NCBI RefSeq assembly: GCF_009914755.1
Contig: NC_060933.1
Source: the human T2T-CHM13v2.0 reference genome, Homo sapiens
Length of the DNA stretch: 64,000 bases
Reading direction: 5' to 3' (one strand)
Both the position numbers and the translations under genes were made by a program. Under the pieces are notes generated by a model, which ran no database searches, had not been told where the DNA came from, and saw only the letters and a list, made by a program, of their open reading frames with translations. Below, piece after piece: positions 40,171 through 55,184 of this stretch. Each line of letters starts with the position of its first letter. Within the stretch, counting starts at the first letter, position 1.

Positions 40171-43100
40171 GGAATTGAATAGAATCAATCCGAATGTAAT
40201 GGAATGGAATGGAACGGAATGGAATGGAAGGGAATGGAATGGAATGGAATGGAATGGAATGCAATGGAATGGAATCAACCCGAGTGCAATCGAATGGAAT
40301 CGAATGGAATGGAATGCAATGGAATGGATTCAACTTGAATGGAATGGAAAGAATGGAATGAACACGAGTGGAAGGGCATGGATTGGAATGCAATGGAATG
40401 GAATCAACCCGAGTACAGGGGAATGGAATGGAATGGAATGCAATGGAAAGGAATCATCCGTAATGGAATGGAAAGGAATGGAATGGAATGGAATGGAATG
40501 GAATGGAATGGAATCAACTCGATTGCAATCGAATGGAATGGAATGGAATTAACCCGAATAGAATGGAATGGAATGGAATGTAACGGAACGGAATGGAATG
40601 CAATGGAATGGAATGGAATGGAATCAACGCGAGTGCAGGGGAATGGAATGGAATGGAATGCAATGGAATGGAATCTTCCGGAATGGAATGGAATGGAATG
40701 GAATGGAATGAAATTCAATGGATTCAACTCGATTGCAATGGAATGGAATAGAATGGAATGGAATGGAATGGAATGGAATTAACCCGAATAGAATGGAATG
40801 GAATGGAATGGAATGGAACGGAATGGAACGGAATGGAATGGAATGGAATGGAATGGAATGGTATCGAATGGAATGGAATGGTACGGAATAGAATGGAATG
40901 GAACGAATTGTAATGGAATGGAATTGAACGGAATGGAATGGAATGGAATGGAATCAACGCGAGTGCAGGGGAATGTAATGGAACGGAATGCAATGGAATG
41001 GAATCATCCGGAATGGAATGGAATGTAATGGAATGGAATGGAATGGAATGGAATCAATCCGAGTGCAATGGAATGGAGTGGAATGGAATGGAATGGAATG
41101 GAACAACCCGAATGGAATGGAATGTAATGGAGAGTAAGGGAGTTGAATTGAATCAATCCGAATGTAATGGAATGGAATGCAAAGGAATGGAATGGAATGG
41201 AATGTAATGGAATGCAAAGGAATGGAATCAACCCGAGTGGAATGGCATGGAATGGAATGCAATGGAATGGAATGGAATGGAATCAACTCGAGTGGAAAGG
41301 ATTGGAATGGAATGGAAAGGAATGGAATGAAATCAACTCGAGTGGAATGGAATGGAATGGAATAGATTGGAATGGATTGCAACCGAATGAAATGGAATGG
41401 AATGGAATGGAATCAATCATTCCGAGTGGAATGGAAGGGAATGTAATAGAGTGGAAAGAAGGGAATGGAATCAACCCGATAGGAATGCAAGGCAATGGAA
41501 TGGAATGGAAAGGAATGGAATGGAATCAACTCGATTGCAATGGAATGGAATGGAATGGAATGGAATGGAATCAACTCGATTGCAATGGAATGGAATGGAA
41601 TGGAATGGAAAGGAATGGAATGGAATGAAATGGAATGGAATGGAATGCAATGGTATGGAATCAACCCGAGTGCAATCGAATGGAATCGAATGGAATGGAA
41701 TGCAATGGAATGGATTCAACTTGAATGGAATGGAAAGAATGGAATCAACACCAGTGGAATGGCATGGATTGGAATGGAATAGAATGGAATCAACCCGAGT
41801 ACAGGGGAATGGAATGGAATGGAATGCTTTGGAATGGAATCATCCGTATTGGAATGGAAAGGAATGGAATGGAATGGAATGGAATGGATTGGAATGGAAT
41901 GGAATCAACTCGATCGCAATCGAATGGAATGGAATGGAATTAACCCGAATAGAATGGAATGGAATGGAATGGAACGGAACGGAACAGAACGGATCGGAAT
42001 GGAATGGAATGGAATGGAACGGAAAGGAATGGAACGGAATGGAATGGAATGGAATGGAATGGAATGGAATGGAATCAACGCGAGTGCAGGGGAATGGAAT
42101 GTAATGGAATGTAATGGAATGGAATCTTCCGGAATGGAATGGAATGGAATGGAATCAACCCGAGTGCAATGGAATGGAGTGGAATGGAATGGAATGGAAT
42201 GGAACAACCCGAATGGAATCGAATGTAATGGAGAGTAAGGGAGTTGAATAGAATCAATCCGAATGTAATGGAATGGAATGGAACGGAATGGAATTGAATG
42301 GAATGGAATGGAATGCAATGGAATGGAATCAACCCGAGTGCAATGGAATGGAGAGGAATGGAATGGAATGGAGTGGAAACTACCCGAATGGAATGGAATG
42401 TAATGGAGTGTAAGGGAATTGAATAGAATCAATCCGAATGTAATGGAATGGAATGGAACGGAATGGAATGGAATGGAATGGAATGGAATGGAATGGAATG
42501 CAATGGAATGGAATCAACCCGAGTGCAATCGAATGGAATCGAATGGAATGGAATGCAATGGAATGGATTCAACTTGAATGGAACGGAAAGAAGGGAATCA
42601 ACACGAGTGGAATGGCATGGATTGGAATGGAATGGAATGGAATCAACCCGAGTACAGAGGAATGGAATGGAATGGAATGCAATGGAATGGAATCATCCGT
42701 AATGGAATGGCAAGGAATGGAATGGAATGGAATGGAATGGAATGGAATGGAATGGAATCAACTCGATTGCAATCGAATGGAATGGAATGGAATTAACCCG
42801 AATAGAATGGAATGGAATGGAATGGAACGGAATGGAATGGAATGGAATGGAATGGAACGGAACGGAACGGAATGGAATGGAATGGAATGGAATGGAATGG
42901 AATCAATGCGAGTGCAGGGGAATGGAATGGAATGGAATGCAATGTAATGGAATCTTCCGGAATGGAATGGAATGGAATGGAATGGAATGAAATGCAATGG
43001 ATTCAACTCGATTGCAATGGAATGGAATAGAATGGAATGGAATGGAACGGAATGGAATTAATCCGAATAGAATGGAATGGAATGGAATGGAACGGAATGG

Positions 43101-44399
43101 AACGGAATGGAATGGAATGGAATGGAATGGAATGGTATGGAATGGAATGGAATGGTACGGAATAGAATGGGATGGAACGAATTGTAATGGAATGGAATTG
43201 AATGGAATGTAATGGAATCAACGCGAGTGCAGGGGAATGTAATGGAACGGAATGCAATGGAATGGAATCATCCGGAATGGAATGGAATGGAATGGAATGG
43301 AATCAACCCGAGTGCAATGGAATGGAGTGGAATTGAATGGAATGGAATGGAACAACCCGAATGGAATGGAATGTAATGGAGAGTAAGGGAGTTGAATAGA
43401 ATAAATCCGAATGTAATGGAATGGAATGCAACGGAATGGAATGGAACGGAATGCAATGGAATGGAATCAACCCGAGTACAATGGAATGGAATGGAATGGA
43501 ATGCAATGGAATGGAATGGAATGGAATGGAATGCCTTCAAACGGAATGGAATGGAAAGGAATGGAATCAACACGAGTGGAATGGAAAGGAATGGAATGGA
43601 ATGGAACGGAATGGAATGGAATGATACGGAATAGAATGGAATGGAACGAAATGGAATGGAATGGAATGGAATGGAATGGAATGGAATGGAATGGAATGGA
43701 ATGGAATCGTTCCGAGTGGAATAGGAGGGAATGTATTCGAGTGGAATGGAAAGGATTGGAATCAACCAGAGTGGAATGGAAGGGAATGGAATGGAATGGA
43801 AACTAATAGAATGGAATGAACCCGAGTGGAATGGAATGGAAAGGACTGGAAAGGAATGGAATGGAATGGAATGGAATTAACCCGAATACAATGGAATGGA
43901 ATGGAATGGAACGGAATGGAGTGGAATGGAATGGAATCAACCCGAGTGCAGGGGAATGGAATGGAATGGAATGGAATGGAATCATCCGGAATGGAATGGA
44001 ATGGAATGGAATGCAAAGCAATGGAATCAACTCGATTGCAATGGAATGGAATGGAATGGAAAGGAATACATTGGAATCAACCCGAGTGGAATGGAATGGA
44101 AAGGACTGGAATGGAGTGGAATGGAATGGAATGGAATGGAATGGAATCAACTCGATTGGAATGGAATGGAATGGAATGGAATGGAATGGAATGGAATTAA
44201 CCCGAATAGAATGGAATGGAATGGAAGGGAACGGAACGGAATGGAATGGAATGGAATGGAATAGAATGGAATGGAATCAACCCGACTGCAGGGGAATGGA
44301 ATTGAATGGAATGCAATGGAATGGATTCAACTTGAATGGAATGGAAAGAATGGAATCAACAAGAGTGGAATGGCATGGATTGGAATGGAATGGAATGGA

Positions 44400-47300
44400 A
44401 TCAACCCGAGTACAGGGGAATGGAATGGAATGGAATGCAATGGAATGGAATCATCCGTAATGGAATGGAAAGGAATGGAATGGAATGGAACGGAATGGAA
44501 TGGAATGGAATGGAATGGAATCAACTCGATTGCAATCGAATGGAATTGAATCGAATTAACCCGAATAGAATGGAATGGAATGGAATGGAACGGAACGGAA
44601 CGGAACAGAATGGAATGGAATGGAATGGAATGGAATGGAATGGAACGGAAAGGAATGGAATGGAATGGAATGGAATGGAATGGAATGGAATCAACGGGAG
44701 TGCAGGGGAATGGAATGGAATGGAATGCAATGGAGTGGAATCTTCCGGAATGGAATGGAATGGAATGGAATGGAATGGAATGGAATAAACCCGAGTGCAA
44801 TGGAATGGAGTGGAATGGAATGGAATGGAATGGAACAACCCGAATGGAATGGAATGTAATGGAGAGTAAGGGAGTTGAATAGAGTGAATCCGAATGTAAT
44901 GGAATGGAATGGAATGGAATGGAATTGAATGGAATAGAATGGAATGCAATGGAATGGAATCAAACCGAGTGCAATGGAATGGAGAGGAATGGAATGGAAT
45001 GGAATGGAAACTACCCGAATGGAATGGAATGTAATGGAGTGTAAGGGAATTGAATACAATCAATCCGAATGGAATGGAATGGAATGGAACGGAATGGAAT
45101 GGAATGGAATGGAATGGAATGGAATGCAATGGAATGGAATCAACCCGAGTGCAATCGAATGGAATCGAATGGAATGGAATACAATGGAATGGATTCAACT
45201 TGAATGGAATGGAAAGAATGGAATCAACACGAGTGGAAGGGCATGGATTGGAATGCAATGGAATGGAATCAACCCGAGTACAGGGGAATGGAATGGAATG
45301 GAATGCAATAGAATGGAATCATCCGTAATGGAAGGGAAAGGAATGGAATTGAATGGAATGCAATGGAATGGAATGGAATCAACACGATTGCAATCGAATG
45401 GAATGGAATGGAATTAACCCAAATAGAATGGAATGGAATGGAATGAAACGGAATGGAATGGAATGGAATGGAATGGAATGGAATGGAATGGAATGGAACG
45501 GAACAGAAAGGAATGGAATGGAATAGAATGGAATGGAATGGAATGGAATCAACGCGAGTGCAGGGGAATGGCATGGATTGGAATGCAATGGAATGGAATC
45601 TTCCGGAATGGAATGGAATGGAATGGAATGAAATGCAATGGATTCAACTCGATTGCAATGGAATGGAATAGAATGGAATGGAATGGAATGGAATGGGATT
45701 AACCCGAATAGAATGCAATGGAATGGAATGGAACGGAGTGGAACGGAATGGAATGGAATGGAATGGAATGGAATGAAATGGAATGGTATGGAATGGAATG
45801 GTACGGAATAGAATGGAATGGAACGAATTGTAATGGAATGGAATTGAATGGAATAGAATGGAATGGAATGGAATCAACGCGAGTGCAGGGGAATGTAATG
45901 GAACGGAATGCAATGGAATGGAATCATCCGGAATGGAATGGAATGGAATGGAATGGAATGGAATCAACCCGAGTGCAATGGAATGGAGTGGAATGGAATG
46001 GAATGGAATGGAATGGAATGGAATGGAATGGAATCAACGCGAGTGCAGGGGAATGGAATGGAATGGAATGCAATGGAATGGAATCTTCCGGAATGGAATC
46101 GAATGGAATGGAATGGAATGGAATGGAATGGAATCAACCCGAGTGCAATGGAATGGAGTGGAATGGAATGGAATGGAATGGAACAACCCGAATGGAATGG
46201 AATGTAATGGAGACTAAGGGAGATGAATGGAATCAATTAGAATGTAATGGAATGGAATGGAACGGAATGGAACTGAATGGAATGGAATGGAATGCAATGG
46301 AATGGAATCAACCCGAGTGCAATGGAATGGAGAGGAATGGAATGGAATGGAATGGAAACTACCCGAATGGAATGGAATGTAATGGAGTGTAAGGGAATTG
46401 AATAGAATCAATCCGAATGTAATGGAATGGAATGAAACGGAATGGAATGGAATGGAATCGAATGGAATGGAATGCAATGGAATGGATTCAACTTGAATGG
46501 AATGGAAAGAATGGAATCAACACGAGTGGAAGGGCATGGATTGGAATGAAATGGAATGGAATCAACCCGAGTACAGGGGAATGGAATGGAATGGAATGCA
46601 ATGGAATGGAATCATCCGTAATGGAATGGAAAGGAATGGAATGGAATGGAATGGAATGGAATGGAATGGAATGGAATTAACCCGAATAGAATGGAATGGA
46701 ATGGAATGGAACGGAATGGAACGGAATGGAATGGAATGGAATGGAATGGAATGGAATGGTATGGAATGGAATGGAATGGTAGGGAATAGAATGGAATGGA
46801 ACGAATTGTAATGGAATGGAATTGAATGGAATGGAATGGAATGGAATGGAATCAACGCGAGTGCAGGGGAATGTAATGGAACGGAATGCAATGGAATGGA
46901 ATCATCCGGAATGGAATGGAATGGAATGGAATGGAATCAACCCGAGTGCAATGGAATGGAGTGGAATGGAATGGAATGGAATGGAACAACCCGAATGGAA
47001 TGGAATGTAATGGAGAGTAAGGGAGTTGAATAGAATCAATCGGAATGTAATGGAATGAAATGCAACGGAATCGAATGGAATGGAATGGAATGGAATGGAA
47101 TGGAATGCAAAGGAATGGAATCAACCCGAGTGGAATGGCATGGAATGGAATGCAATGGAATGGAAAGGAATGGAATCAACTCGAATGGAAAGGAATGGAA
47201 TGGAATGGAAAGGAATGGAATGAAATCAACTCGAGTGGAATGGAATGGAATGGATTGGAATGGATTGCAATGGAATGAAATGGAATGGAATGGAATATAA

Positions 47301-49059
47301 TCAATCATTCCGAGTGGAATGGAAGGGAATGTAATGGAGTGGAAAGAAGGGAATGGAATCAACCCGATTGGAATGCAAGGCAATGGAATGGAATGGAAAG
47401 GAATGGAATGGAATCAACTCGATTGCAATGGAATGGAATGGAATGGAATGGAATGGAATGGAATGGAATGGAATTAACCGGAATAGAATGGAATGCAATG
47501 GAATGGAACGGAATGGAATGGAATAGAAGTTAATGGAATCAACACGAGTGCAGGGGAATGGAATGGAATGGAATGCAATGGAATGGAATCATCCGAAATG
47601 GAATGGAATGGAATGGAATCAACTCCATTGCAATGGAATGGAATGGAATGGAATGGAATAGAATGGAATGGAATTAACCCGAATAGAATGGAATGCAATA
47701 GAATGGAATGGAACGGAACCGAATGGAGTGGAATGGAATGGAATGGAATCAACCTGAGTGCAGGGGAATGGAATGGAATGGAATGCAATGGAATGGAATC
47801 ATCCGGAATGGAATGGAATGGAATGGAATGGAATCAAACCGAGTGCAATGGAATGGAGTGAAATGGAATGGAATGGAATGGAAACAACCAGAATGGATTG
47901 GAATATAATGGAGTGTAAGGGAATTGAATAGAATCAAAATGAATGTAATGAAATGGAATGGAACGGAATGGAATGGAATGGAATGGAATGGAATGGAATG
48001 GAATGGAATGGAATCAACCCGAGTGGAATGGCATGGAATGGAATGCAATGGAATGGAATGGAATGGAATGGAATGGTTCGGAATAGAATGGATTGGAACA
48101 AAATGGAATGGAATGGAATGGAATGGAATGGAATGGAATCAACTCGATTGTAATGGAATGGAAAGGAATGGAATGGAATGGAATTAACCTGAATACAATG
48201 GAATGGAATGGAATGGAACGGAATGGAGTGGAATGGAATGGAATCAACCCGAGTGCAGGGGAATGGAATGGAATGGAATGCAATGGAATGGAATCATCCG
48301 GAATGGAATGGAATGGAATGGAATGCAAAGCAATGGAATCAACTCGATTGCAATGGAATGGAATGGAATGGAAAGGAATACATTGGAATCAACCCGAGTG
48401 GAATGGAATGGAAAGGACTGGAATGGAGTGGAATGGAATGGAATGGAATCAACTCGATTGGAATGGAATGGAATGGAATGGAATGGAATTAACCCGAATA
48501 GAATGGAATGGAATGGAATGGAATGGAATCAACGCGAGTGCAGGGGAATGGAATGGAATGGAATGGAATGGAATGGAATCTTCTGGAATGGAATGGAATG
48601 AAATGGAATGGAATGAAAGGCAATGGATTCAACTCGATTGCAATGGAATGGAATAGAATGGAAGGGAATGGAATGGAATGGAATGTAATTGAATGGAATG
48701 GAATGCCTTCAAACCGAATGGAATGGAAAGGAATGGAATCAACACGAGTGGAAAGGAATGGAATGGAAAGGAATGGAATGGAATGGAATGGTACCGAATA
48801 GAACGGAATGGAACGAACTGGAATGGAATGGAATGGATTGGAATGGAATGGAATGGAATGGAATGGAATGGAATCGTTCCGAGTGGAATAGGAGGGAATG
48901 TATTCGAGTGGAATGGAAAGGAATGGAATCAACCAGAGTGGAATGGAAGGGAATGGAATGGAATGGAAACTAATAGAAGGGAATCAACCCGAGTGCAATG
49001 GAATGGAAAGGACTGGAATGGAATGGAATGGAATGGAATGGAATGGAATGGAATGGAAT
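44400..49059 (+). repeat. Shorter, more diverged predecessor of the 6.125-kb higher-order repeat
   Basis: Carries unit-specific words CAATTAGAAT (46234), GGAATATAATCAATC (47292), CAAAATGAATG and GGTACCGAA (~48790) at offsets of 4.9-5.2 kb from copy 1. Lacks the CAAGTCGGTTGCAG block. Left end approximate. Confidence 0.75.
48575..48589. promoter_or_regulatory. HSE motif variant gGAAt-cTTCt-gGAAt
   Basis: GGAATCTTCTGGAAT; consensus intact, CpG lost. Confidence 0.55.
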
Positions 49060-52000
49060 CAACACGATTGCAATCAAATGGAATGGAATGGAATTAACCC
49101 GAATAGAATGGAATGGAACGGAACGGAATGGAATGGAATGGAATGGAATGGAATGGAACGGAACGGAATGGAATGGAATGGAATGGAATGGAATGGAATG
49201 GAATGGAATCAACGCGAGTGCAGGGGAATGGAATGGAATGGAATGCAATGGAATGGAATCTTCCGGAATGGAATGGAATAGAATGGAATGGAATGGAATG
49301 GAATGGAATCAACCCGAGTACAGGGGAATGGAATGGAAGGTAATGCAATGGAAAGGAATCATCCGTATTGGAATGGAAAGGAATGGAATGGAATGGAATG
49401 GAATGGAATGGAATGGAATCAACTCGATTGCAATCGAATGGAATGGAATCGAATTAACCCGAATAGAATGGAATGGAATGGAATGGAACGGAACGGAACG
49501 GAACGGAATGGAATGGAATGGAATGGAATCGAATGGAATGGAACGGAAAGGAATGGAATGGAATGGAATGGAATGGAATGGAATGGAATGGAATGGAATC
49601 AACGCGAGTGCAGGGGAATGGAATGGAATGGAATGCAATGGAATGGAATATTCCGGAATGGAATGGAATGGAATGGAATGGAATGGAATGGAATAAACCC
49701 GAGTGCAATGGAATGGAGGGGAATGGAATGGAATGGAATGGAACAACCCGAATGGAATGGAATGTAATGGACAGTAAGGGAGTTGAATAGAGTCAATCCG
49801 AATGTAATGGAATGGAATGGAACGGAATGGAATTGAATGGAATGGAATGGAATGCAATGGAATGGAATCAACCCGAGTGCAATGGAATGGAGAGGAATGG
49901 AATGGAATGGAATGGAAACTACCCGAATGGAATGGAATGTAATGGAGTGTAAGGGATTGAATAGAATCAATCCGAATGTAATGGAATGGAATGGAACGGA
50001 ATGGAATGGAATGGAATGGAATGGAATGGAATGGAATGCAATGGAATGGAATCAACCCGAGTGCAATCGAATGGAATCGAATGGAATGGAATACAATGGA
50101 ATGGATTCAACTTGAATGGAATGGAAAGAATGGAATCAACACGAGTGGAAGGGCATGGATTGGAATGCAATGGAATGGAATCAACCCGAGTACAGGGGAA
50201 TGGAATGGAATGGAATGCAATGGAATGGAATCATCCGTAATGGAATGGAAAGGAATGGAATGGAATGGAATGGAATGGAATGGAATGGAATGGAATCAAC
50301 ACGATTGCAATCGAATGGAATGGAATGGAATTAACCCAAATAGAATGGAATGGAAAGGAATGAAACGGAATGGAATGGAATGGAATGGAATGGAATGGAA
50401 TGGAATGGAATGGAACGGAACAGAAAGGAATGGAATGGAATGGAATGGAATGGAATGGAATCAACGCGAGTGCAGGGGAATGGCATGGATTGGAATGCAA
50501 TGGAATGGAATCTTCCGGAATGGAATGGAATGGAATGGAATGAAATGCAATGGATTCAACTCGATTGCAATGGAATGGAATAGAATGGAATGGAATGGAA
50601 TGGAATGGGATTAACCCGAATAGAATGCAATGGAATGGAATGGAACGGAGTGGAACGGAATGGAATGGAATGGAATGGAATGGAATGAAATGGAATGGTA
50701 TGGAATGGAATGGTACGGAATAGAATGGAATGGAACGAATTGTAATGGAATGGAATTGAATGGAATGGAATGGAATGGAATGGAATTAACGCGAGTGCAG
50801 GGGAATGTAATGGAACGGAATGCAATGGAATGGAATCATCCGGAATGGAATGGAATGGAATGGAATGGAATGGAATCAACCCGAGTGCAATGGAATGGAG
50901 TGGAATGGAATGGAATGGAATGGAATGGAATGGAATCAACGCGAGTGCAGGGGAATGGAATGGAATGGAATGCAATGGAATGGAATCTTCCGGAATGGAA
51001 TGGAATGGAATGGAATGGAATGGAATAGAATCAACCGGAGTGCAATGGAATGGAGTGGAATGGAATGGAATGGAATGGAACAACCCGAATGGAATGGAAT
51101 GTAATGGAGACTAAGGGAGATGAATAGAATCAATTAGAATGTAATGGAATGGAATGGAACGGAATGGAATTGAATGGAATGGAATGGAATGCAATGGAAT
51201 GGAATCAACCCGAGTGCAATGGAATGGAGAGGAATGGAATGGAATGGAATGGAAACTACCCGAATGGAATGGAATGTAATGGAGTGTAAGGGAATTGAAT
51301 AGAATCAATCCGAATGTAATGGAATGGAATGGAACGGAATGGAATGGAATGGAATGGAATGGAATGGAATGGAATGGAATGCAATGGAATGGAATCAACC
51401 CGAGTGCAATCGAATGGAATCGAATTGAATGGAATGCAATGGAATGGATTCAACTTGAATGGAATGGAAAGAATGGAATCAACACGAGTGGAAGGGCATG
51501 GATTGGAATGCAATGGAATGGAAACTACCCGAGTACAGGGGAATGGAATGGAATGGAATGCAATGGAATGGAATCATCCGTAATGGAATGGAAAGGAATG
51601 GAATGGAATGGAATGGAATGGAATTAACCCGAATAGAATGGAATGGAATGGAATGGAACGGAATGGAACGGAATGGAATGGCATGGAATGGAATGCAATG
51701 GAATGGTATGGAATGGAATGGAATGGTAGGGAATAGAATGGAATGGAACGAATTGTAATGGAATGGAATGGAATGGAATGGAATGGAATGGAATGGAATG
51801 GAATGGAATCAACGCGAGTGCAGGGGAATGTAATGGAACGGAATGCAATGGAATGGAATCATCCGGAATGGAATGGAATGGAATGGAATGGAATGGAATG
51901 GAATCAACCCGAGTGCAATGGAATGGAGTGGAATGGAATGGAATGGAATGGAACAACCCGAATGGAATGGAATGTAATGGAGAGTAAGGGAGTTGAATAG

Positions 52001-55000
52001 AATCAATCGGAATGTAATGGAATGGAATGCAACGGAATGCAATGGAATGGAATGGAATGGAATGGAATGGAATGGAATGCAAAGGAATGGAATCAACCCG
52101 AGTGGAATGGCATGGAATGGAATGCAATGGAATGGAATGGAATGGAATCAACTCGAATGGAAAGGAATGGAATGGAATGGAAAGGAATGGAATGAAATCA
52201 ACTCGAGTGGAATGGAATGGAATGGATTGGAATGGATTGCAATGGAATGAAATGGAATGGAATGGAATATAATCAATCATTCCGAGTGGAATGGAAGGGA
52301 ATGTAATGGAGTGGAAAGAAGGGAATGGAATCAACCCGATTGGAATGCAAGGCAATGGAATCGAATGGAAAGGAATGGAATGGAATCAACTCGATTGCAA
52401 TGGAATGGAATGGAATGGAATGGAATGGAATGGAATGGAATTAACCGGAATAGAATGGAATGCAATGGAATGGAACGGAATGGAATGGAATAGAAGGTAA
52501 TGGAATCAACACGAGTGCAGGGGAATGGAATGGAATGGAATGCAATGGAATGGAATCATCCGGAATGGAATGGAATGGAATGGAATCAACTCCATTGCAA
52601 TGGAATGGAATGGAATGGAATGGAATAGAATGGAATGGAATTAACCCGAATAGAATGGAATGCAATAGAATGGAATGGAACGGAACCGAATGGAGTGGAA
52701 TGGAATGGAATGGAATCAACCTGAGTGCAGGGGAATGGAATGGAATGGAATGCAACGGAATGGAATCATCCGGAATGGAATGGAATGGAATGGAATGGAA
52801 TCAAACCGAGTGCAATGGAATGGAGTGAAATGGAATGGAATGGAATGGAAACAACCAGAATGGATTGGAATATAATGGAGTGTAAGGGAATTGAATAGAA
52901 TCAAAATGAATGTAATGAAATGGAATGGAACGGAATGGAATGGAATGGAATGGAATGGAATGGAATGGAATGGAATGGAATCAAACCGAGTGGAATGGCA
53001 TGGAATGGAATGCAATGGAATGGAATGGAATGGAATGGAATGGTTCGGAATAGAATGGATTGGAACAAAATGGAATGGAATGGAATGGAATGGAATGGAA
53101 TGGAATGGAATAGAATGGAATGGAATGGAATCAAGTCGGTTGCAGTGGAATAGAATGGAATGGAATGGAACGGATTGGAATGGAATGGAATGGAATGGAA
53201 TGGAATTAAATGGAATGGAAAGGAATGGAATCAACCAGAGTGGAATGGAAGGGAATGGAATGGAATGGAAACTAATAGAATGGAATCAACCCGAGTGGAA
53301 TGGAATGGAAAGGACTGGAATGGAATGGAATGGAATGGAATGGAATCAACTCGATTGTAATGGAATGGAATGGAATGGAATGGAATGGAATTAACCTGAA
53401 TACAATGGAATGGAATGGAATGGAACGGAATGGAGTGGAATGGAATGGAATCAACCCGAGTGCAGGGGAATGGAATGGAATGGAATGCAATGGAATGGAA
53501 TCATCCGGAATGGAATGGAATGGAATGGAATGCAAAGCAATGGAATCAACTCGATTGCAATGGAATGGAATGGAATGGAAGGGAATACATTGGAATCAAC
53601 CCGAGTGGAATGGAATGGAAAGGACTGGAATGGAGTGGAATGGAATGGAATGGAATCAACTCGATTGGAATGGAATGGAATGGAATGGAATGGAATGGAA
53701 TGGAATTAACCCGAATAGAATGGAATGGAATGGAATGGAATGGAATGGAATCAACGCGAGTGCAGGGGAATGGAATGGAATGGAAAGTAATGGAATGGAA
53801 TCTTCCGGAATGGAATGGAATGGAATGGAATGGAATGAAAGGCAATGGATTCAACTCGATTGCAATGCAATGGAATAGAATGAAAGGGAATGGAATGGAA
53901 TGGAATGGAATTGAATGGAATGGAATGCCTTCAAACCGAATGGAATGGAAAGGAATGGAATCAACACGAGTGGAAAGGAATGGAATGGAAAGGAATGGAA
54001 AGGAATGGAATGGTACCGAAATGAACGGAATGGAACGAACTGGAATGGAATGGAATGGATTGGAATGGAATGGAATGGAATGGAATGGAATCGTTCCGAG
54101 TGGAATAGGAGGGAATGTATTCGAGTGGAATGGAAAGGAAAGGAATCAACCAGAGTGGAATGGAAGGGAATGGAATGGAATGGAAACTAATAGAATGGAA
54201 TCAACCCGAGTGGAATGGAATGGAAAGGACTGGAATGGAATGGAATGGAATGGAATGGAATGGAATGGAATCAACTCGATTGTAATGGAATGGAATGGAA
54301 TGGAATGGAATGGAATGGAATGGAATGGAATTAACCCGAATACAATGGAATGGAATGGAATGGAACGGAATGGAGTGGAATGGAATGGAATCAACCCGAG
54401 TGTAATGGAATGGAAAGGACTGGAATGGAGTGGAATGGAATGGAATGCAATGGAATGGAATCAACTCGATTGGAATGGAATGGAATGGAATGGAATGCAA
54501 TGGAATGGAATCTTCCGGAATGGAATGGAATGGAATGGAATGGAATGGAATGGAATGGAATAAACCCGAGTGCAATGGAATGGAGTGGAATGGAATGGAA
54601 TGGTATGGAACAACCCGAATGGAATGGAATGTAATGGAGAGTAAGGGAGTTGAATAGAATCAATCCGAATGGAATGGAATGGAATGGAACGGAATGGAAT
54701 TGAATGGAATGGAATGGAATGCAATGGAATGGAATCAACCCGAGTGCAATGGAATGGAGAGGAATGGAATGGAATGGAATGGAAACTACCCGAATGGAAT
54801 GGAATGGAATGGAGTGTAAGGGAATTGAATAGAATCAATCCGAATGTAATGGAATGGAATGGAACGGAATGGAATGGAATGGAATGGAATGGAATGGAAT
54901 GGAATGCAATGGAATGGAATCAACCCGAGTGCAATCGAATGGAATCGAATGGAATGGAATGCAATGGAATGGATTCAACTTGAATGGAATGGAAAGAATG

Positions 55001-55184
55001 GAATCAACACGAGTGGAAGGGCATGGATTGGAATGCAATGGAATGGAAACAACCCGAGTACAGGGGAATGGAATGGAATGGAATGCAATGGAATGGAATC
55101 ATCCGTAATGGAATGGAAAGGAATGGAATGGAATGGAATGGAATGGAATGGAATGGAATGGAATGGAATGGAATGGAATGGAAT
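49060..55184 (+). repeat. ~6.125-kb higher-order repeat, copy 1
   Basis: The unit-start CAACACGATTGCAATC recurs at 49060, 55185 and 61310. AAGGGATTGAATAG at ~49951/56081/62197, CAATTAGAAT at 51131/57256/63371, CAAGTCGGTTGCAG at 53132/59267. Confidence 0.92.

Noticed and set aside
46232-47310. Homeodomain/DUX4-like words (AATCAATTAG at ~46232, TAATCAATCA at ~47298)
   Set aside because: They are imperfect matches to the 11-bp DUX4 consensus and are readily produced by one or two substitutions in this AT-rich framework.
53415-54563. Longest ORF (382 aa)
   Set aside because: Its near-identical paralog at 59555 stops at 60163 (202 aa). Likewise the 37379-38407 ORF is broken in its paralog near 30297. 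ORF length is not conserved even between recent copies.
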